In this document: positions 38,234 to 48,753 of the stretch, piece by piece
How the letters are laid out: every line of letters starts with the position of its first letter
Position numbering within the stretch: position 1 is the first letter of the stretch
Assembly: GCA_032654565.1 (NCBI GenBank)
Contig: JAULAX010000018.1
Coordinates: 256,001-320,000, forward strand
Length of the DNA: 64,000 bases
Reading direction: 5' to 3'
Source of the DNA: Anaeromyxobacteraceae bacterium
GTDB taxonomy: Bacteria; Myxococcota; Myxococcia; Myxococcales; Anaeromyxobacteraceae
Notes under the pieces: generated by a model
Database searches by the model: none
Seen by the model: the letters and a program-made list of their open reading frames with translations, nothing else
Told to the model about the DNA's origin: nothing
Made by a program: the position numbers and the translations under genes

Positions 38234-39876
38234 CCCGCGCCTGGGACTCGGCCCGGAGGAGCCGCGCCGCGCGCCTCGAGCGCGCCCGCGGCGTGGCGCC
38301 GGGGCGCTGGGTCGAGCCGGGCGCGGTCACCGCGCTCCTCGAGGCCATCCTCGAGCCGGGCGACCGGGTCTGCCTGGAGGGGAACAACCAGAAGCAGGCC
38401 GACTTCCTGGCCGCCGCCCTCGGCCGCGTCGATCCGGCCCGGGTCCACGACCTCCACCTGGTGCAGTCGGTGCTGGCCCTCCCGGAGCACCTCGCCCTCT
38501 TCGAGCGCGGGATCGCCCGGCGCGTCGACTTCTCCTTCTCCGGGCCGCAGGCGGTCCGGGTGGCGCAGCTGGTGGCCGCGGGCCGGCTCGAGATCGGCGC
38601 CATCCACACCTACCTCGAGCTCTACGCCCGGTACTTCGTCGACCTCACCCCGCGGGTGGCGCTGGTCAGCGCCATGGCCGCCGACGCCGAGGGGAACCTC
38701 TACACCGGCCCCAACACCGAGGACACGCCGGTGGTGGTGGAGGCCACCGCCTTCCGCGACGGCCTGGTGATCGCCCAGGTGAACGAGCGGGTGGAGCGGC
38801 TCCCCCGCGTCGACATCCCGGCCGGCTGGGTGGACTTCCTCACCGTGGCGCCCACCCCCAGCGTGGTCGAGCCGCTCTTCACCCGCGACCCGGCCCTGAT
38901 CAGCGAGGTCCAGGTGCTGATGGCGATGATGGTGGTGAAGGGCATCTACTCCGAGTACGGGGTGGACCGGCTCAACCACGGCATCGGCTTCGACTCGGCG
39001 GCCATCGAGCTGATCCTCCCCACCTTCGGCGAGTCGATCGGGCTGCGGGGGCGGGCCTGCGGCCACTGGGCGCTCAACCCGCACCCCACCCTGATCCCGG
39101 CCATCGAGGCCGGGCTGGTGCGCTCGGTCCACTGCTTCGGCTCCGAGCTGGGCATGGAGGCCTACGTGGCGGCGCGCCCCGACGTCTTCTTCACCGGCCG
39201 CGACGGGAGCCTCCGCTCCAACCGGGCCTTCGCCCAGGTGGCCGGGCAGTACGCCTGCGACCTGTTCATCGGCTCCACCCTCCAGGTCGACGTGGCCGGC
39301 AACAGCTCCACCGCCACCGCCTCCCGCATCGCCGGCTTCGGCGGCGCCCCCAACATGGGCGCCGACGCGCGGGGCCGGCGTCACGAGAGCCCGGCCTGGC
39401 TGCGGGCGGGGCGGGAGGCGAGCCCGCGGCCGGAGGCGATGCCCCGCGGGCGCAAGCTGGTGGTCCAGCTGCTCGAGACCTATCGCGAGCACATGGAGCC
39501 GGCCTTCGTGGAGCGTCTCGACGCCTGGGACCTGGCCGAGCGGATGGGGATGGCCAACCCGCCGGTGATGATCCACGGCGACGACGTCAGCCACGTGGTC
39601 ACCGAGGAGGGGATCGCCAACCTGCTCCTGTGCCGCACGCCGGAGGAGCGCGAGCAGGCCATCCGCGGGGTGGCCGGGTACACGCCGGTGGGGCGGGCGC
39701 GCGATCGGCGCGCCGTCGAGGGGCTCCGCGACCGGGGCATCATCCGGCGGCCGGTCGACCTGGGCCTCGACGTCCGCCAGGCGACCCGCGAGCTCCTCGC
39801 CGCGCGGACGGTGAAGGACCTGGTCCGCTGGTCGGGTGGGCTCTACGACCCGCCGCGACGGTTCAGGAGCTGGTGA
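38230..39876 (+). CDS. mdcA: Malonate decarboxylase alpha subunit
   Basis: LEGNNQKQADFL, IHTYLELYARYF, YTGPNTEDTP, LNHGIGF, GFGGAPNMG, WSGGLYDPP..FRSW. Confidence 0.97.
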   Translation: MTRAWDSARRSRAARLERARGVAPGRWVEPGAVTALLEAILEPGDRVCLEGNNQKQADFLAAALGRVDPARVHDLHLVQSVLALPEHLALFERGIARRVDFSFSGPQAVRVAQLVAAGRLEIGAIHTYLELYARYFVDLTPRVALVSAMAADAEGNLYTGPNTEDTPVVVEATAFRDGLVIAQVNERVERLPRVDIPAGWVDFLTVAPTPSVVEPLFTRDPALISEVQVLMAMMVVKGIYSEYGVDRLNHGIGFDSAAIELILPTFGESIGLRGRACGHWALNPHPTLIPAIEAGLVRSVHCFGSELGMEAYVAARPDVFFTGRDGSLRSNRAFAQVAGQYACDLFIGSTLQVDVAGNSSTATASRIAGFGGAPNMGADARGRRHESPAWLRAGREASPRPEAMPRGRKLVVQLLETYREHMEPAFVERLDAWDLAERMGMANPPVMIHGDDVSHVVTEEGIANLLLCRTPEEREQAIRGVAGYTPVGRARDRRAVEGLRDRGIIRRPVDLGLDVRQATRELLAARTVKDLVRWSGGLYDPPRRFRSW

Positions 39877-39885
39877 GGAGCGGCC

Positions 39886-40206
39886 ATGGAGCGACTGGAG
39901 TTCGAGGTCGAGTGCGGGAGCGGGGCGGCGGCGGCGGCGGCCGCGCCCGTCGTCGTCGGCGTGGTCGCCTCGGGCAACCTCGAGGTGCTGGTGGAGCAGG
40001 GCGCGCCGGCGGGCCGCTGCCGCTTCAGCGTGGACACCTCGGTCCGCGGCTTCGGCGAGACCTGGCGGGCCGTGGTCGAGGACTTCGCGGCGCGCCAGCG
40101 CCCCTCCGGGCTGGTCTTCTCGCTGAACGACGCCGGGGCCACGCCGGCGGTGGTGAGCCTCCGCCTCGACCAGGCCGTGGAGGAGTTCCGGGGGGCGCGC
40201 CGGTGA
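39886..40206 (+). CDS. mdcC: Malonate decarboxylase acyl carrier protein (delta)
   Basis: VGVVASGNLEVL, TSVRGFGETW, NDAGATPAVVSLRLDQA. Confidence 0.95.
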   Translation: MERLEFEVECGSGAAAAAAAPVVVGVVASGNLEVLVEQGAPAGRCRFSVDTSVRGFGETWRAVVEDFAARQRPSGLVFSLNDAGATPAVVSLRLDQAVEEFRGARR

Positions 40207-41105
40207 GGCCGGCGGCCCTCGACCGGCGGAGCTGGCGCGAGGCGACCGCGCGCCGCCGCCTGGCCGCGCTCCTCGATCCGGGGAGCTTCGTCGAGTGGCT
40301 GGCTCCGGCGTCGCGGGTCACCAGCCCGCACCTCGCCACGCTCGGCCTCCCGGTGGCCTTCGACGACGGCGCCGTGGTCGGCGAGGGGCGGCTGCAGGGG
40401 CAGCGGGTGCTGCTGGCCGCCCAGGAGGGGGCCTTCATGGGCGGCGCGGTGGGCGAGGTCCACGGCGCCAAGCTCACCGGGCTGCTGCGGCGCGCGCTCC
40501 GGGAGCGCCCGGCCGGCGTGCTCCTGCTCCTCGACTCCGGCGGGGTGCGGCTCCAGGAGGCCAACGCCGGGCTGGTGGCGGTCTCGGAGGTGATGCGCGC
40601 GCTGCTGGAGGCGCGCGCCGCCGGCGTCCCGGTGATCGGGCTGATCGGCGGCGCCTGGGGCTGCTTCGGCGGCATGGGGATCGTGGCCGGCTGCTGCGAC
40701 GCCCTGGCCATGAGCGAGGAGGGCCGCCTCGGCGTCAGCGGTCCCGACGTGCTCGAGACCGTCAAGGGCGTCGAGGAGCTGGACAGCGCCGACCGGGCCC
40801 TGGTCTGGCGGACCTGGGGCGGCAAGCACCGCTGGCTCCTCGGCGACGCCGACCGGCTGGTGGCCGACGACCTGGGGGCCTTCCGGGCCGCGGCCCTCGA
40901 GCTGCTGGCCGCTCCGCGCCCCCTCGAGCTGGAGACGCTCGAGGCGTCGCACCGGGCGCTGGCCCGCCGGCTGGAGCGGCTCGGCGGCGCATCCGACGCC
41001 CGCGAGGCCTGGCGGTCGCTCGGGGTCCAGGACCTCGACCAGGTCGCGGGCATGGAGCCGGAGCAGCTGGTCCGCGCCGAGGGCGCGCGGCGGGGGATCC
41101 GGTGA
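40203..41105 (+). CDS. mdcD: Malonate decarboxylase beta subunit
   Basis: SPHL, DDGAVVG, FMGGAVGEVHGAKL, SGGVRLQEANAG, GCFGGMG, TWGGKHR. Confidence 0.95.
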   Translation: MRPAALDRRSWREATARRRLAALLDPGSFVEWLAPASRVTSPHLATLGLPVAFDDGAVVGEGRLQGQRVLLAAQEGAFMGGAVGEVHGAKLTGLLRRALRERPAGVLLLLDSGGVRLQEANAGLVAVSEVMRALLEARAAGVPVIGLIGGAWGCFGGMGIVAGCCDALAMSEEGRLGVSGPDVLETVKGVEELDSADRALVWRTWGGKHRWLLGDADRLVADDLGAFRAAALELLAAPRPLELETLEASHRALARRLERLGGASDAREAWRSLGVQDLDQVAGMEPEQLVRAEGARRGIR

Positions 41106-41818
41106 CCCCCTCCCACCTCCTCGACGCGCTCTTCCCCGCCGGCCACGCCGTCCGCGTCGACGGCCCGGTCCTGGCCGGGACCGCCAGCGGCCCGACCGGC
41201 GTGGTGGCGGTGCTGGGGACCTGTGGCGCCGCCGAGGTCGGCGTCGAGGTGGCGCTCCGGCTCGCCGGCGAGCTGCTCGCCGTCCTCCGCGCCCACCCGG
41301 GCCGGCCGGTGGTCTTCCTGGTCGACACCCGCGGCCAGCGCATGAGCCGGCGCGACGAGCTGCTCGGCCTGGCCAGCTACCTCGGCCACCTGGCCGCCAC
41401 CGTCGGCCTGGCACGCCAGCGCGGACACCGGCTGGTCGCCGTCCTCTTCGGGGACGCCAGCAGCGGCGGCGTGCTGCCGCTCGGCTTCATGGCCGACGAG
41501 ATCCACGCCGTCGACGGGGCCAACCCCTGGGTGATGGCGCTGCCGGCCATGGCCCGGGTCACCAAGCTGCCGCTGGAGCGGCTCGAGGCGCTCTCGCGCG
41601 GCTCGGCGGTGCTGGCCCCCGGCCTCGAGTCGTTCCTGCGGCTCGGCGGCGTGGACCAGCGCTGGGAGCCCCCGCTGGCGCCCCGGCTCGCGGCGGCGCT
41701 GCAGCGTCCGAGCGGGCCCGACGCCCGCGACCTCCTCGGCCACCAGCGCGGTGGGCGGCCGCTGGCCGCCGAGGTGGCGAGGCGGGTCGCCGCAGCGCCT
41801 GGACCGGTGGGGCGGTGA
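41102..41818 (+). CDS. mdcE: Malonate decarboxylase gamma subunit
   Basis: LVDTRGQRMSRRDELLG, ASSGG, VMALPAMARVTK; position in the operon. Confidence 0.9.
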   Translation: MTPSHLLDALFPAGHAVRVDGPVLAGTASGPTGVVAVLGTCGAAEVGVEVALRLAGELLAVLRAHPGRPVVFLVDTRGQRMSRRDELLGLASYLGHLAATVGLARQRGHRLVAVLFGDASSGGVLPLGFMADEIHAVDGANPWVMALPAMARVTKLPLERLEALSRGSAVLAPGLESFLRLGGVDQRWEPPLAPRLAAALQRPSGPDARDLLGHQRGGRPLAAEVARRVAAAPGPVGR

Positions 41819-42468
41819 CCACCTTCCACCGCCACGACCTGGCCTGGCTCCGGCCCCGCTGGCGCGACTCGCTGCTTTCGCCGCTCGCGCCCGGGGACGA
41901 GGCGGCGATCGCCGACTGGGCCGACCGGGGCCGGCCCGCCGTGGTCTGCCGCCGCCTCGCCGGTGCGCCTGCGGGTGCGGTCACGCTCGGCGTCGCGCTC
42001 CCCGGGCCGGGGCGGCGGATCGGGCTGCTGGTCCGGGCCGACGCCGTGGCGCGGCGGGCCGCCCCGCTCCGGCTTCGGGAGGCCGCGGCCTCGGCGCCGC
42101 AGGCCTGGCGGGGCCCGCTGGCGGCGCTCGACGCGGCGCTCTGGTCGGTGGGGATCACCGCCGCGGTCTTCGGCTCGCTGGCCTGGCAGCACCTGGCGGG
42201 AGAGCCCTACCTGCGCGCCACCTCCGACGTCGACCTGCTGCTGGAGCTGGCCGGGCCGACGTCGCCCTGGTCGGTGGTCGACCTCCTCCAGGCCCACGAC
42301 GGCGGCGCCCCTCGGCTCGACGGCGAGCTGCTCCTCCCGGGCGGGCGCGCCGTGGCCTGGCGCGAGCTCGCCACCCGCCCGGCGCGGGTGCTGGTGAAGT
42401 CAATCGACGCCGTCGCCCTCCTGACCGTGGACCAGGCGCTGGGCTGGCAGGCGCAGGAGGTGGCGTGA
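41815..42468 (+). CDS. mdcG: Malonate decarboxylase holo-ACP synthase
   Basis: RHDLAW, VFGSLAWQHL, SDVDLLL, RLDGE, VAWREL. Confidence 0.9.
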   Translation: MTTFHRHDLAWLRPRWRDSLLSPLAPGDEAAIADWADRGRPAVVCRRLAGAPAGAVTLGVALPGPGRRIGLLVRADAVARRAAPLRLREAAASAPQAWRGPLAALDAALWSVGITAAVFGSLAWQHLAGEPYLRATSDVDLLLELAGPTSPWSVVDLLQAHDGGAPRLDGELLLPGGRAVAWRELATRPARVLVKSIDAVALLTVDQALGWQAQEVA

Positions 42469-43391
42469 ACCCTCCGGCCTCCATGAGCCCCGCCCGGGTG
42501 TGGCCAGGAGTGGCGGTCGCCGGGCGGGCGCCGGCCCGCTCCCCGGTCGAGTTCTTCGCCGCCGCCGTCGAGCGGGCCGCCCAGGAGGCCCTCCTGGAGG
42601 AGCTCACCACCTCGCCCAAGCCCGGGCTGGTGACGCCCTCCGATCGAGGCGCCCACGCCGACATGGGCGCCGACACCTTCTTCGCCAGCGTCACCGCCCT
42701 GCGCGGGGTCTTCGCCGAGGCGGCGCGGCTGGGCGCGGCCGGGGATCCCGGCGATCGGCTCCTCGCGCTCGGGGTGACCGCCGAGCTGCGGATGCTGGCG
42801 GCGACCGGCGGCGTCAACACCCACCGGGGAGCCATCTTCACGCTCGGCCTGCTGGCCGCCGCGGCCGGCAGCCTCGCCGCCGCCTCGCGCCCGGTCACGC
42901 GGCGGGCCCTCCGCGCCGAGGTCCGGGAGGTGCTGGCCCCGGCCCTGCTCGGACGGCTCCCGCCGGATCGGTCGAGCCATGGCCAGGCGGTGGCGGCTCG
43001 GCATGGCGCCGGGGGGGCCCGCCTCGAGGCGTCGGCCGGGTTCCCCCACCTCTTCGACGTGGCGCTGCCGTCCTTCCAGTCGGCCCTGGCCAGGGGCGTG
43101 CCGCGCCGGGCCGCGGCGGTGGAGTGCCTGCTGGCGCTGGTCGCGGTCCTCCCGGACACCAACCTCCTCTGGCGGGGGGGCGAGGCGGGGCTGGCCTTCG
43201 CCCAGGCCGGCGCGGCGGCCTTCCTGGCCGACGGCGGCGTGGAGCGGGAGGGGTGGGAGGTGGAGGCCGTGGCGCTCCACCGGAGCTTCGTGGCGCGCCG
43301 GCTCTCGCCGGGAGGGAGCGCCGACCTGCTCGCCGCGGCGCTCCTGGTCCACCGGCTGGCCGGGCCGGCGCGGGGCGAGGACTCGAGGTGA
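42465..43391 (+). CDS. mdcB: Triphosphoribosyl-dephospho-CoA synthase
   Basis: PKPGLV, GAHADM, ATGGVNTHRGAIF, GARLEA, DTNLLWRGG, LSPGGSADLLA. Confidence 0.94.
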   Translation: MNPPASMSPARVWPGVAVAGRAPARSPVEFFAAAVERAAQEALLEELTTSPKPGLVTPSDRGAHADMGADTFFASVTALRGVFAEAARLGAAGDPGDRLLALGVTAELRMLAATGGVNTHRGAIFTLGLLAAAAGSLAAASRPVTRRALRAEVREVLAPALLGRLPPDRSSHGQAVAARHGAGGARLEASAGFPHLFDVALPSFQSALARGVPRRAAAVECLLALVAVLPDTNLLWRGGEAGLAFAQAGAAAFLADGGVEREGWEVEAVALHRSFVARRLSPGGSADLLAAALLVHRLAGPARGEDSR

Positions 43392-44317
43392 GCGGCCTCG
43401 CCATCCTCTGCCCGGGCCAGGGCGGCCAGCACCCGGCCATGTTCGACTTCGCGCTGGCGGCCGGCGTCGGCGGCGACCTGATCGAGGCGGCGGCCCGGGT
43501 GGTCGGCGAGGATCCGGTGCGCCTGGCGCGGGCGCCGTGGTCACGCCTCTTCGAGAACGGGGTGGCCCAGCCGCTGGTCTGCGCCGCGACCCTGGCCGCC
43601 TGGGAGGCGCTCCGGGGGCGGCTGCCGGCCCCCGTCGCCGTGGCCGGCTACAGCGTCGGTGAGCTGGCCGCCTGGGGCTGCGCCGGCGGCCTCGACCCGG
43701 TGGAGGCGGTCGGCCTGGCCGGGCGGCGCGCCGCCGCCATGGACCAGGCCAGCGTCGGCGTGGCCGGCCTCCTCGGCCTGCGCGGCCTGCCGCTGGCCCG
43801 GCTGGAGGCGCTCACCCTCGCCGCCGGCGCCGAGGTGGCCATCGTCAATGGCCCCGATCACGTGGTGGCCGGAGGGACCAGCGACGCCCTCGGCCGGCTG
43901 GCGGCGGCGGCCATGACCGCGGGGGCCTCGACCGTGCAGCGCCTCCCCATCGGCGTCGCCGCGCACACCAGCGCGCTGGTGTGCGCCGTCCAGCCCTTCG
44001 CCGCCACCCTGGCCGCCTCGGGCCTCCGGGATCCCACCTCGCCCGTGCTCTCCAGCCTGGGTGGCGCGCCGCTGCGCCGCCGCGCCGAGGGCGTCGAGGC
44101 GCTCTCCAGGCAGCTGGCCGCCCGGCTGGAGTGGTCGCACGTCATCGCCACCGCGGCCGAGCTGGGGGCCACCGTCTTCCTCGAGCTCGGACCGGGCCAG
44201 GCCCTGGCGCGCATGGCGGCGGAGCTCCTCCCCGGCGTGGCCTCCCGGTCGATCGACGACTTCCGCGGCGTGGACGGCGTGCTCGCCTGGGTGGAGGCGC
44301 GGCTCGGGGGAGGGTAG
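43388..44317 (+). CDS. mdcH: Malonyl-CoA:ACP transacylase (epsilon subunit)
   Basis: LCPGQGGQHPAM, AQPL, AGYSVGEL, AAHT, FLELGPG. Confidence 0.92.
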   Translation: MSGLAILCPGQGGQHPAMFDFALAAGVGGDLIEAAARVVGEDPVRLARAPWSRLFENGVAQPLVCAATLAAWEALRGRLPAPVAVAGYSVGELAAWGCAGGLDPVEAVGLAGRRAAAMDQASVGVAGLLGLRGLPLARLEALTLAAGAEVAIVNGPDHVVAGGTSDALGRLAAAAMTAGASTVQRLPIGVAAHTSALVCAVQPFAATLAASGLRDPTSPVLSSLGGAPLRRRAEGVEALSRQLAARLEWSHVIATAAELGATVFLELGPGQALARMAAELLPGVASRSIDDFRGVDGVLAWVEARLGGG

Positions 44318-44412
44318 TCGCGCCGGCGCCGCCCGTGCTTCCGGATCCGGGCCGCCGCGGCCGGCCACGCGCCGGGCGTGCCAGCCGGAGCGCCGCGGGA
44401 TAGAACGGTCAC

Positions 44413-45135
44413 ATGAGCCAAGACCATCGCGTGGAGGCGCCGGCGCTGGCCCGCTGGTTCGGCGGCCTGGCCCGGACCCTGAGCCAGGACTTCCTCGGCG
44501 GCCCCCGGCTGCTGCGGCTCTCCACCGTCATCAACCTGCAGAAGGGGGGCACGGCGCTCTTCGTCGGCGGGCTGATGTGGCTCTACCGGAACGGGTCGGT
44601 CGAGGCCTGGGTCTACCTGGCGCTGCACGGCAGCTACGGCCTGGCCTGGCTGCTGAAGCACCTCGCCTTCCGCGACCGTCGCTTCGACGCCCCGGTCACC
44701 GTGGGCGGCGCGGTCATGACGCTGGCGGCGGTGCTCGGTCCGTACTGGCTGGCCCCCTGGCTGCTCATCTCCGGGGTGCTGGGGCCGAGGCCGGAGGCCG
44801 GCGCGCCGCTGCTGGGCGCCGCCATCGCCGTCCACACCCTGGGGCTGGCCCTCATGCTGGGGGCCGACGCCCAGAAGCACTTCCAGCTCGAGGCCGGGCC
44901 GCGGCTGCTCACCGGCGGGATGTTCGCCCGCACCCGCAACCCCAACTACCTCGGCGAGATGATGCTCTACGGATCCTACGCGCTGCTCACCCGCCACTGG
45001 CTCCCCTGGCTGGTGCTGGCCTGGGTCTGGGGGTTGGTCTTCGTCCCCAACATGCTGCTCAAGGACGCCTCGCTGTCGCGCTACCCGGGCTGGGCCGCCT
45101 ACCGGGCCCGCACCGGGCTGCTCTGGCCGCGCTGA
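44413..45135 (+). CDS. DUF1295 / steroid 5-alpha-reductase-like membrane protein
   Basis: INLQKG, YLALHGSYG, ADAQK, FARTRNPNYLGEMMLY, KDASLSRYPG. Confidence 0.8.
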   Translation: MSQDHRVEAPALARWFGGLARTLSQDFLGGPRLLRLSTVINLQKGGTALFVGGLMWLYRNGSVEAWVYLALHGSYGLAWLLKHLAFRDRRFDAPVTVGGAVMTLAAVLGPYWLAPWLLISGVLGPRPEAGAPLLGAAIAVHTLGLALMLGADAQKHFQLEAGPRLLTGGMFARTRNPNYLGEMMLYGSYALLTRHWLPWLVLAWVWGLVFVPNMLLKDASLSRYPGWAAYRARTGLLWPR

Positions 45136-45473
45136 GCCCCGGCCGCGCCGCTGGCGGCTCCGGCGCCACCGCCAGCTCGCGGAGCATGCAGGTGAGGCGC
45201 GCCGTGCAGAGCCGGGCGCCGCGGGCGTCGCTGACCACCGCCTGGTAGACCGCCAGCGTCTTGCCCAGGCTGATGGGCGTGCAGGTGGGCGCCGATGGAG
45301 CCGAGGGTCTCGGCCAGGGCCAGCGAGGCGCCGCCGTTGAGGAGCCCGTAGGGCTGGGTGTTTCCCTCCACCGGCATGGTCCCCACCACCCGCTGCGCCG
45401 AGGCCTCGGTGATGACGATGCCGAGCTGCTGCGCCATGGGGCCGCCGGGGGCGTTGAAGCCCAGGTCGCTCAT
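45059..45473 (-). pseudogene. PaaI/YdiI-like hotdog thioesterase disrupted by an internal deletion and frameshift
   Basis: Frame 1: MPVEGNTQPYGLLNGGASLALAETLGSIGAHLHA. A different frame continues TCTPISLGKTLAVYQAVVSDARGARLCTARLTCML. The expected middle strand segment is absent. Confidence 0.8.
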
Positions 45474-45482
45474 GCCGCCAGC

Positions 45483-46136
45483 TTACCGGAAGGTGAAGGC
45501 CGACTGGGCGCCGGAGGTCGCGGCCGGAGTGGCCGGCCCGGCTGGTGAGCCCGGGGTGGCCAGGGTGGAGGGCCCGGCCGGGGCCGCGGGCGCGACGGCC
45601 GCAGGGAGTGACCCGGCGCCGAGGAATCCCTCCGACCGCAGCGCCGCCCGCACCGCCGCCTCGTCCGGTCCGGCGACGCCGCGCGCCGCCGCCTGGGCCA
45701 GCTGGTCCACCACCTCGTTGACGGCGTGGCCGGCGTGGCCGCGCACCCAGGCGTAGCGGACCTGCAGCGACGAGGCCCGACCGTCGATGGCCTCGATGAG
45801 CTCGCGGTTCGACACCGGCGCGCCGCCGGCGGTGCGCCAGCCCTTGCGGCGCCAGCCCTTGATCCACTTCGAGAGCGCGTCGACCACGTAGCGGGAGTCG
45901 CTGATCACCTCGACGGCCTCGCCGGCCGGCAGGCCGTCGAGCGCCTCCAGCACCGCCCGCAGCTCCATGCGGTTGTTGGTGACGGCGAATGGGCCGTCCA
46001 CCACCCACCGCGTGCCGCCGAAGCGGAGCGCGGGGCGGGAGCGGTCGAGCACCACGAAGCCGGTGCCGCCGGGGCCGCCGGGGTTGACCAGGGCGGAGCC
46101 GTCGCAGAAGGCGAGGAAGCGTGCGGTGGAGGTCAT
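45483..46136 (-). CDS. rnhA: Ribonuclease HI
   Basis: [58 protein letters not shown]. Confidence 0.94.
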   Translation of the reverse strand: MTSTARFLAFCDGSALVNPGGPGGTGFVVLDRSRPALRFGGTRWVVDGPFAVTNNRMELRAVLEALDGLPAGEAVEVISDSRYVVDALSKWIKGWRRKGWRTAGGAPVSNRELIEAIDGRASSLQVRYAWVRGHAGHAVNEVVDQLAQAAARGVAGPDEAAVRAALRSEGFLGAGSLPAAVAPAAPAGPSTLATPGSPAGPATPAATSGAQSAFTFR

Positions 46137-46789
46137 GGGGGAGGGCAACCTAGAGGCCGGCCCTGACGCCCGGCACCGTCGCCGCCGGCCTCGCCGCGGT
46201 CGGCCCGGGCCATCCGGGCCACGAAGCGCCGCATGGTCCCGCTCACCCGGCGCGTGGTGAGGTCGATCTCGAACCCGGCCTCGGCCACCGCCCGCTCGGT
46301 GTGGCGGTTGTTGCGGCAGCCGCCGCTCACCCGGGTCCAGGCCGGCTGGATGAGGTCCTGCCACCGGCCCTCCCAGGGCGAGCTGGAGCGGACGTGCTCG
46401 ATCATGCGGAGGGTGGCGCCGGGACCGAGCACCCGCCGCACCTCGGCGAGGCCGGCGGCGGGGTCGTCCACCGAGCAGAACACCATCCCCGAGACCACGG
46501 TGTCGAAGGCGGCGTCGCGGAAGGGCAGGGCCTCGGCCCGGGCGCGGACCAGCAGGGCCCCGGGCCGCCGGGCCCGCGCCGCCCGCAGGTTGTGCCGGCT
46601 CGGGTCGATGGCCACCACCGGCCCGGCCCCGGCCAGCCAGGGCAGGTTCCGCCCGGTGCCGGTCCCGACGTCGAGGATCCGGCCGGTGGCCCCCTCGGCC
46701 AGCCAGCGGCGCCAGCGGATGAAGCCGGCCATCTCGGCGAACCAGAGGCCGAGATCGTAGACCCAGGGGATCTGCTCGACGCCGCGCAC
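46133..46789 (-). CDS. Class I SAM-dependent methyltransferase
   Basis: [47 protein letters not shown]. Confidence 0.9.
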   Translation of the reverse strand: MRGVEQIPWVYDLGLWFAEMAGFIRWRRWLAEGATGRILDVGTGTGRNLPWLAGAGPVVAIDPSRHNLRAARARRPGALLVRARAEALPFRDAAFDTVVSGMVFCSVDDPAAGLAEVRRVLGPGATLRMIEHVRSSSPWEGRWQDLIQPAWTRVSGGCRNNRHTERAVAEAGFEIDLTTRRVSGTMRRFVARMARADRGEAGGDGAGRQGRPLGCPPP

Positions 46790-46822
46790 GGGGAGCCGGG
46801 GAGGGGGCGGCGCCGGAGGCGC

Positions 46823-47134
46823 TCAGCCGCCCACGTACTTCAAGACCGTCGAGGCGACGCGGATGACGTCGCCGTGGACCAGCCGCCGGTGGGTGACCTG
46901 CTTGGAGTTGACGAAGGTGCCGTTGGTGGAGCCGAGGTCCTCGAGGTGGTGGCCGTCGCCGTCGGGCCGGATGGCGGCGTGGCGGCGCGAGGCCTGGTCG
47001 GAGCTGACCACCAGCGTGTTCTCCTCGCCGCGCCCGATGGTCACCTCGACGTCGAGCGGGTAGGCCTTGTCCCGCAGCGCCGGGTCGGCGGCGTGGATCA
47101 CCTGGAGGATGGGGCTGCGCGTGGTCGGGCTCAT
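46823..47134 (-). CDS. FHA domain protein
   Basis: [29 protein letters not shown]. Confidence 0.93.
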   Translation of the reverse strand: MSPTTRSPILQVIHAADPALRDKAYPLDVEVTIGRGEENTLVVSSDQASRRHAAIRPDGDGHHLEDLGSTNGTFVNSKQVTHRRLVHGDVIRVASTVLKYVGG

Positions 47135-47147
47135 GCGGGGCTCCCGT

Positions 47148-48047
47148 TCAGAATATCACCGCCAGCCCCCCCGGCGCAGGCACCAGCTGCACCGGTGGCT
47201 TCCGGCCGTCCTCCGGCTGGTAGGCGAGCAGCGGGACCACCAGGCCGGTGGCGGTGCCGATCACCGCGCCGGTGGCCACGTCGGTGAGCCAGTGACGGTC
47301 GGCGGCCACCCGCAGGTATCCGGTCAGGGCCGCCGCGCCGAAGGTCGCCGCGGCCAGCCACCTCCACCCGGGCCGGCCCCGCAGCCTGGCGATCTGGGTG
47401 GCGGCGGCCGCGGTGGCGAAGGCGAAGTCGGTGTGGCCCGACCAGAAGGAGAGCCGGTCGTCGGCGGACGGGGTGGTGCCGCGCGCCCAGGCGTCGGGGC
47501 GCAGCCGGCCGGTGGCGAACTTGGCCCCCTGGGTGAGCAGCACGGCGGTGCTGGCCGACTCGGCGAGCACCAGCAGGTCCTCCACCACCTGGCGCTGGCC
47601 GTGCGGCGAGGCCTGGGCCCAGAGCGTGGCGGCGGCGCCGGCCGGGATGAGCAGCTGCAGGGCGTCGGACCCGGTCGAGGCGGCGCGGCCGTCGCTCCAG
47701 CGGAGCTGGCGGCGAGCCCAGCGGTCGAGCTGGGGGGGCTGGCACCAGCGGCAGGCCGGGGCCACCAGCGAGTCCTTGAGGAGGAGCGAGAGGCCGGTCA
47801 GGCCCAGGCCGGCCCCGGTGACCGCGGCGGCGGTGGCCAGATCGACGGTCAGGGCGGGCGGCTGGGGTGCCGCGGTAGCGGGCCCGGACTCCGGTGCGGG
47901 CCAGGGCCTGCCTTCGTCCGTCGCCCGGGCCGGTGCTGGTGCCGCTGCCGGTGCCGGGGCGTCGGCGCGGGCCAGGGCGGAGAGCCCCAGCCCGGCCACG
48001 AGGAGGACCAGCCTGGCGGTGGGCAGCGAGGCGGGCGGCGTGACCAT
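47148..48047 (-). CDS. PAP2-family phosphatase
   Basis: KFATGRLRP, SFWSGH, LRVAADRHWLTDV; signal peptide. Confidence 0.88.
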   Translation of the reverse strand: MVTPPASLPTARLVLLVAGLGLSALARADAPAPAAAPAPARATDEGRPWPAPESGPATAAPQPPALTVDLATAAAVTGAGLGLTGLSLLLKDSLVAPACRWCQPPQLDRWARRQLRWSDGRAASTGSDALQLLIPAGAAATLWAQASPHGQRQVVEDLLVLAESASTAVLLTQGAKFATGRLRPDAWARGTTPSADDRLSFWSGHTDFAFATAAAATQIARLRGRPGWRWLAAATFGAAALTGYLRVAADRHWLTDVATGAVIGTATGLVVPLLAYQPEDGRKPPVQLVPAPGGLAVIF

Positions 48048-48104
48048 CGCCGGAGCCTGCCACGGCCGGTTGGCCGGGTGAAGTTTGCGTGGTATCGCCA
48101 GCCG

Positions 48105-48743
48105 GTGGTCGACCAACCCTTCCAGCTGCCGCTCTTCGTCGACCTCGGGGCCGTGGTGCTGCTGGCCGCCACCGGCGCCATCGAGGGGATCCGCAAGCGC
48201 TACGACCTGATCGGCGTGGCGGTGATGGCGCTGGTCACCGGCCTGGGCGGCGCCCTGCTGCGCGACGGGATCTTCCTGCAGGGCGGGCCCCCCGCCTCGG
48301 TCCAGGACGGCCGCTACCTGGCGGCGGTGCTGGTGGGGGCGGCGCTGGGCGTGGTCTTCGCCCGCGGCTTCCACCGGCTGCGGCTGGTGGTGGCCATCGT
48401 CGACGCCCTCGGCCTCGGGCTCTACGCCGTCTACGGCGCCCAGAAGGCCATGCTGGCGGGGCTGCCGCCGCTGGCCGCCACGCTGGTCGGCACCGTCAAC
48501 GCCGTGGGCGGCGGCCTGATGCGCGACGTGCTGGTGCGCGAGGAGCCCATGCTGCTGCGGCCGGGCGGCTTCTACGCGCTGGCGGCGCTGGCCGGCGCCA
48601 CCACCTTCGTGGTGCTCGACGAGCTGCCCGGACGGTCCACCCACCTGGCGGCCATGGCCGGGGTGGCGGTGGTGCTGCTGCTGCGCTTCGGGGCCATCCG
48701 GCTCGGCTGGAAGACCGGGGCGCTCTCCGACGAGCCGCGCTAG
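48105..48743 (+). CDS. TRIC / UPF0126 (YadS-like) membrane protein
   Basis: Internal duplication ATGAIEG...DLIG...TGLGGALLRD and DALGLG...NAVGGGLMRDVL. Confidence 0.9.
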   Translation: MVDQPFQLPLFVDLGAVVLLAATGAIEGIRKRYDLIGVAVMALVTGLGGALLRDGIFLQGGPPASVQDGRYLAAVLVGAALGVVFARGFHRLRLVVAIVDALGLGLYAVYGAQKAMLAGLPPLAATLVGTVNAVGGGLMRDVLVREEPMLLRPGGFYALAALAGATTFVVLDELPGRSTHLAAMAGVAVVLLLRFGAIRLGWKTGALSDEPR

Positions 48744-48753
48744 GATCCCTGGC

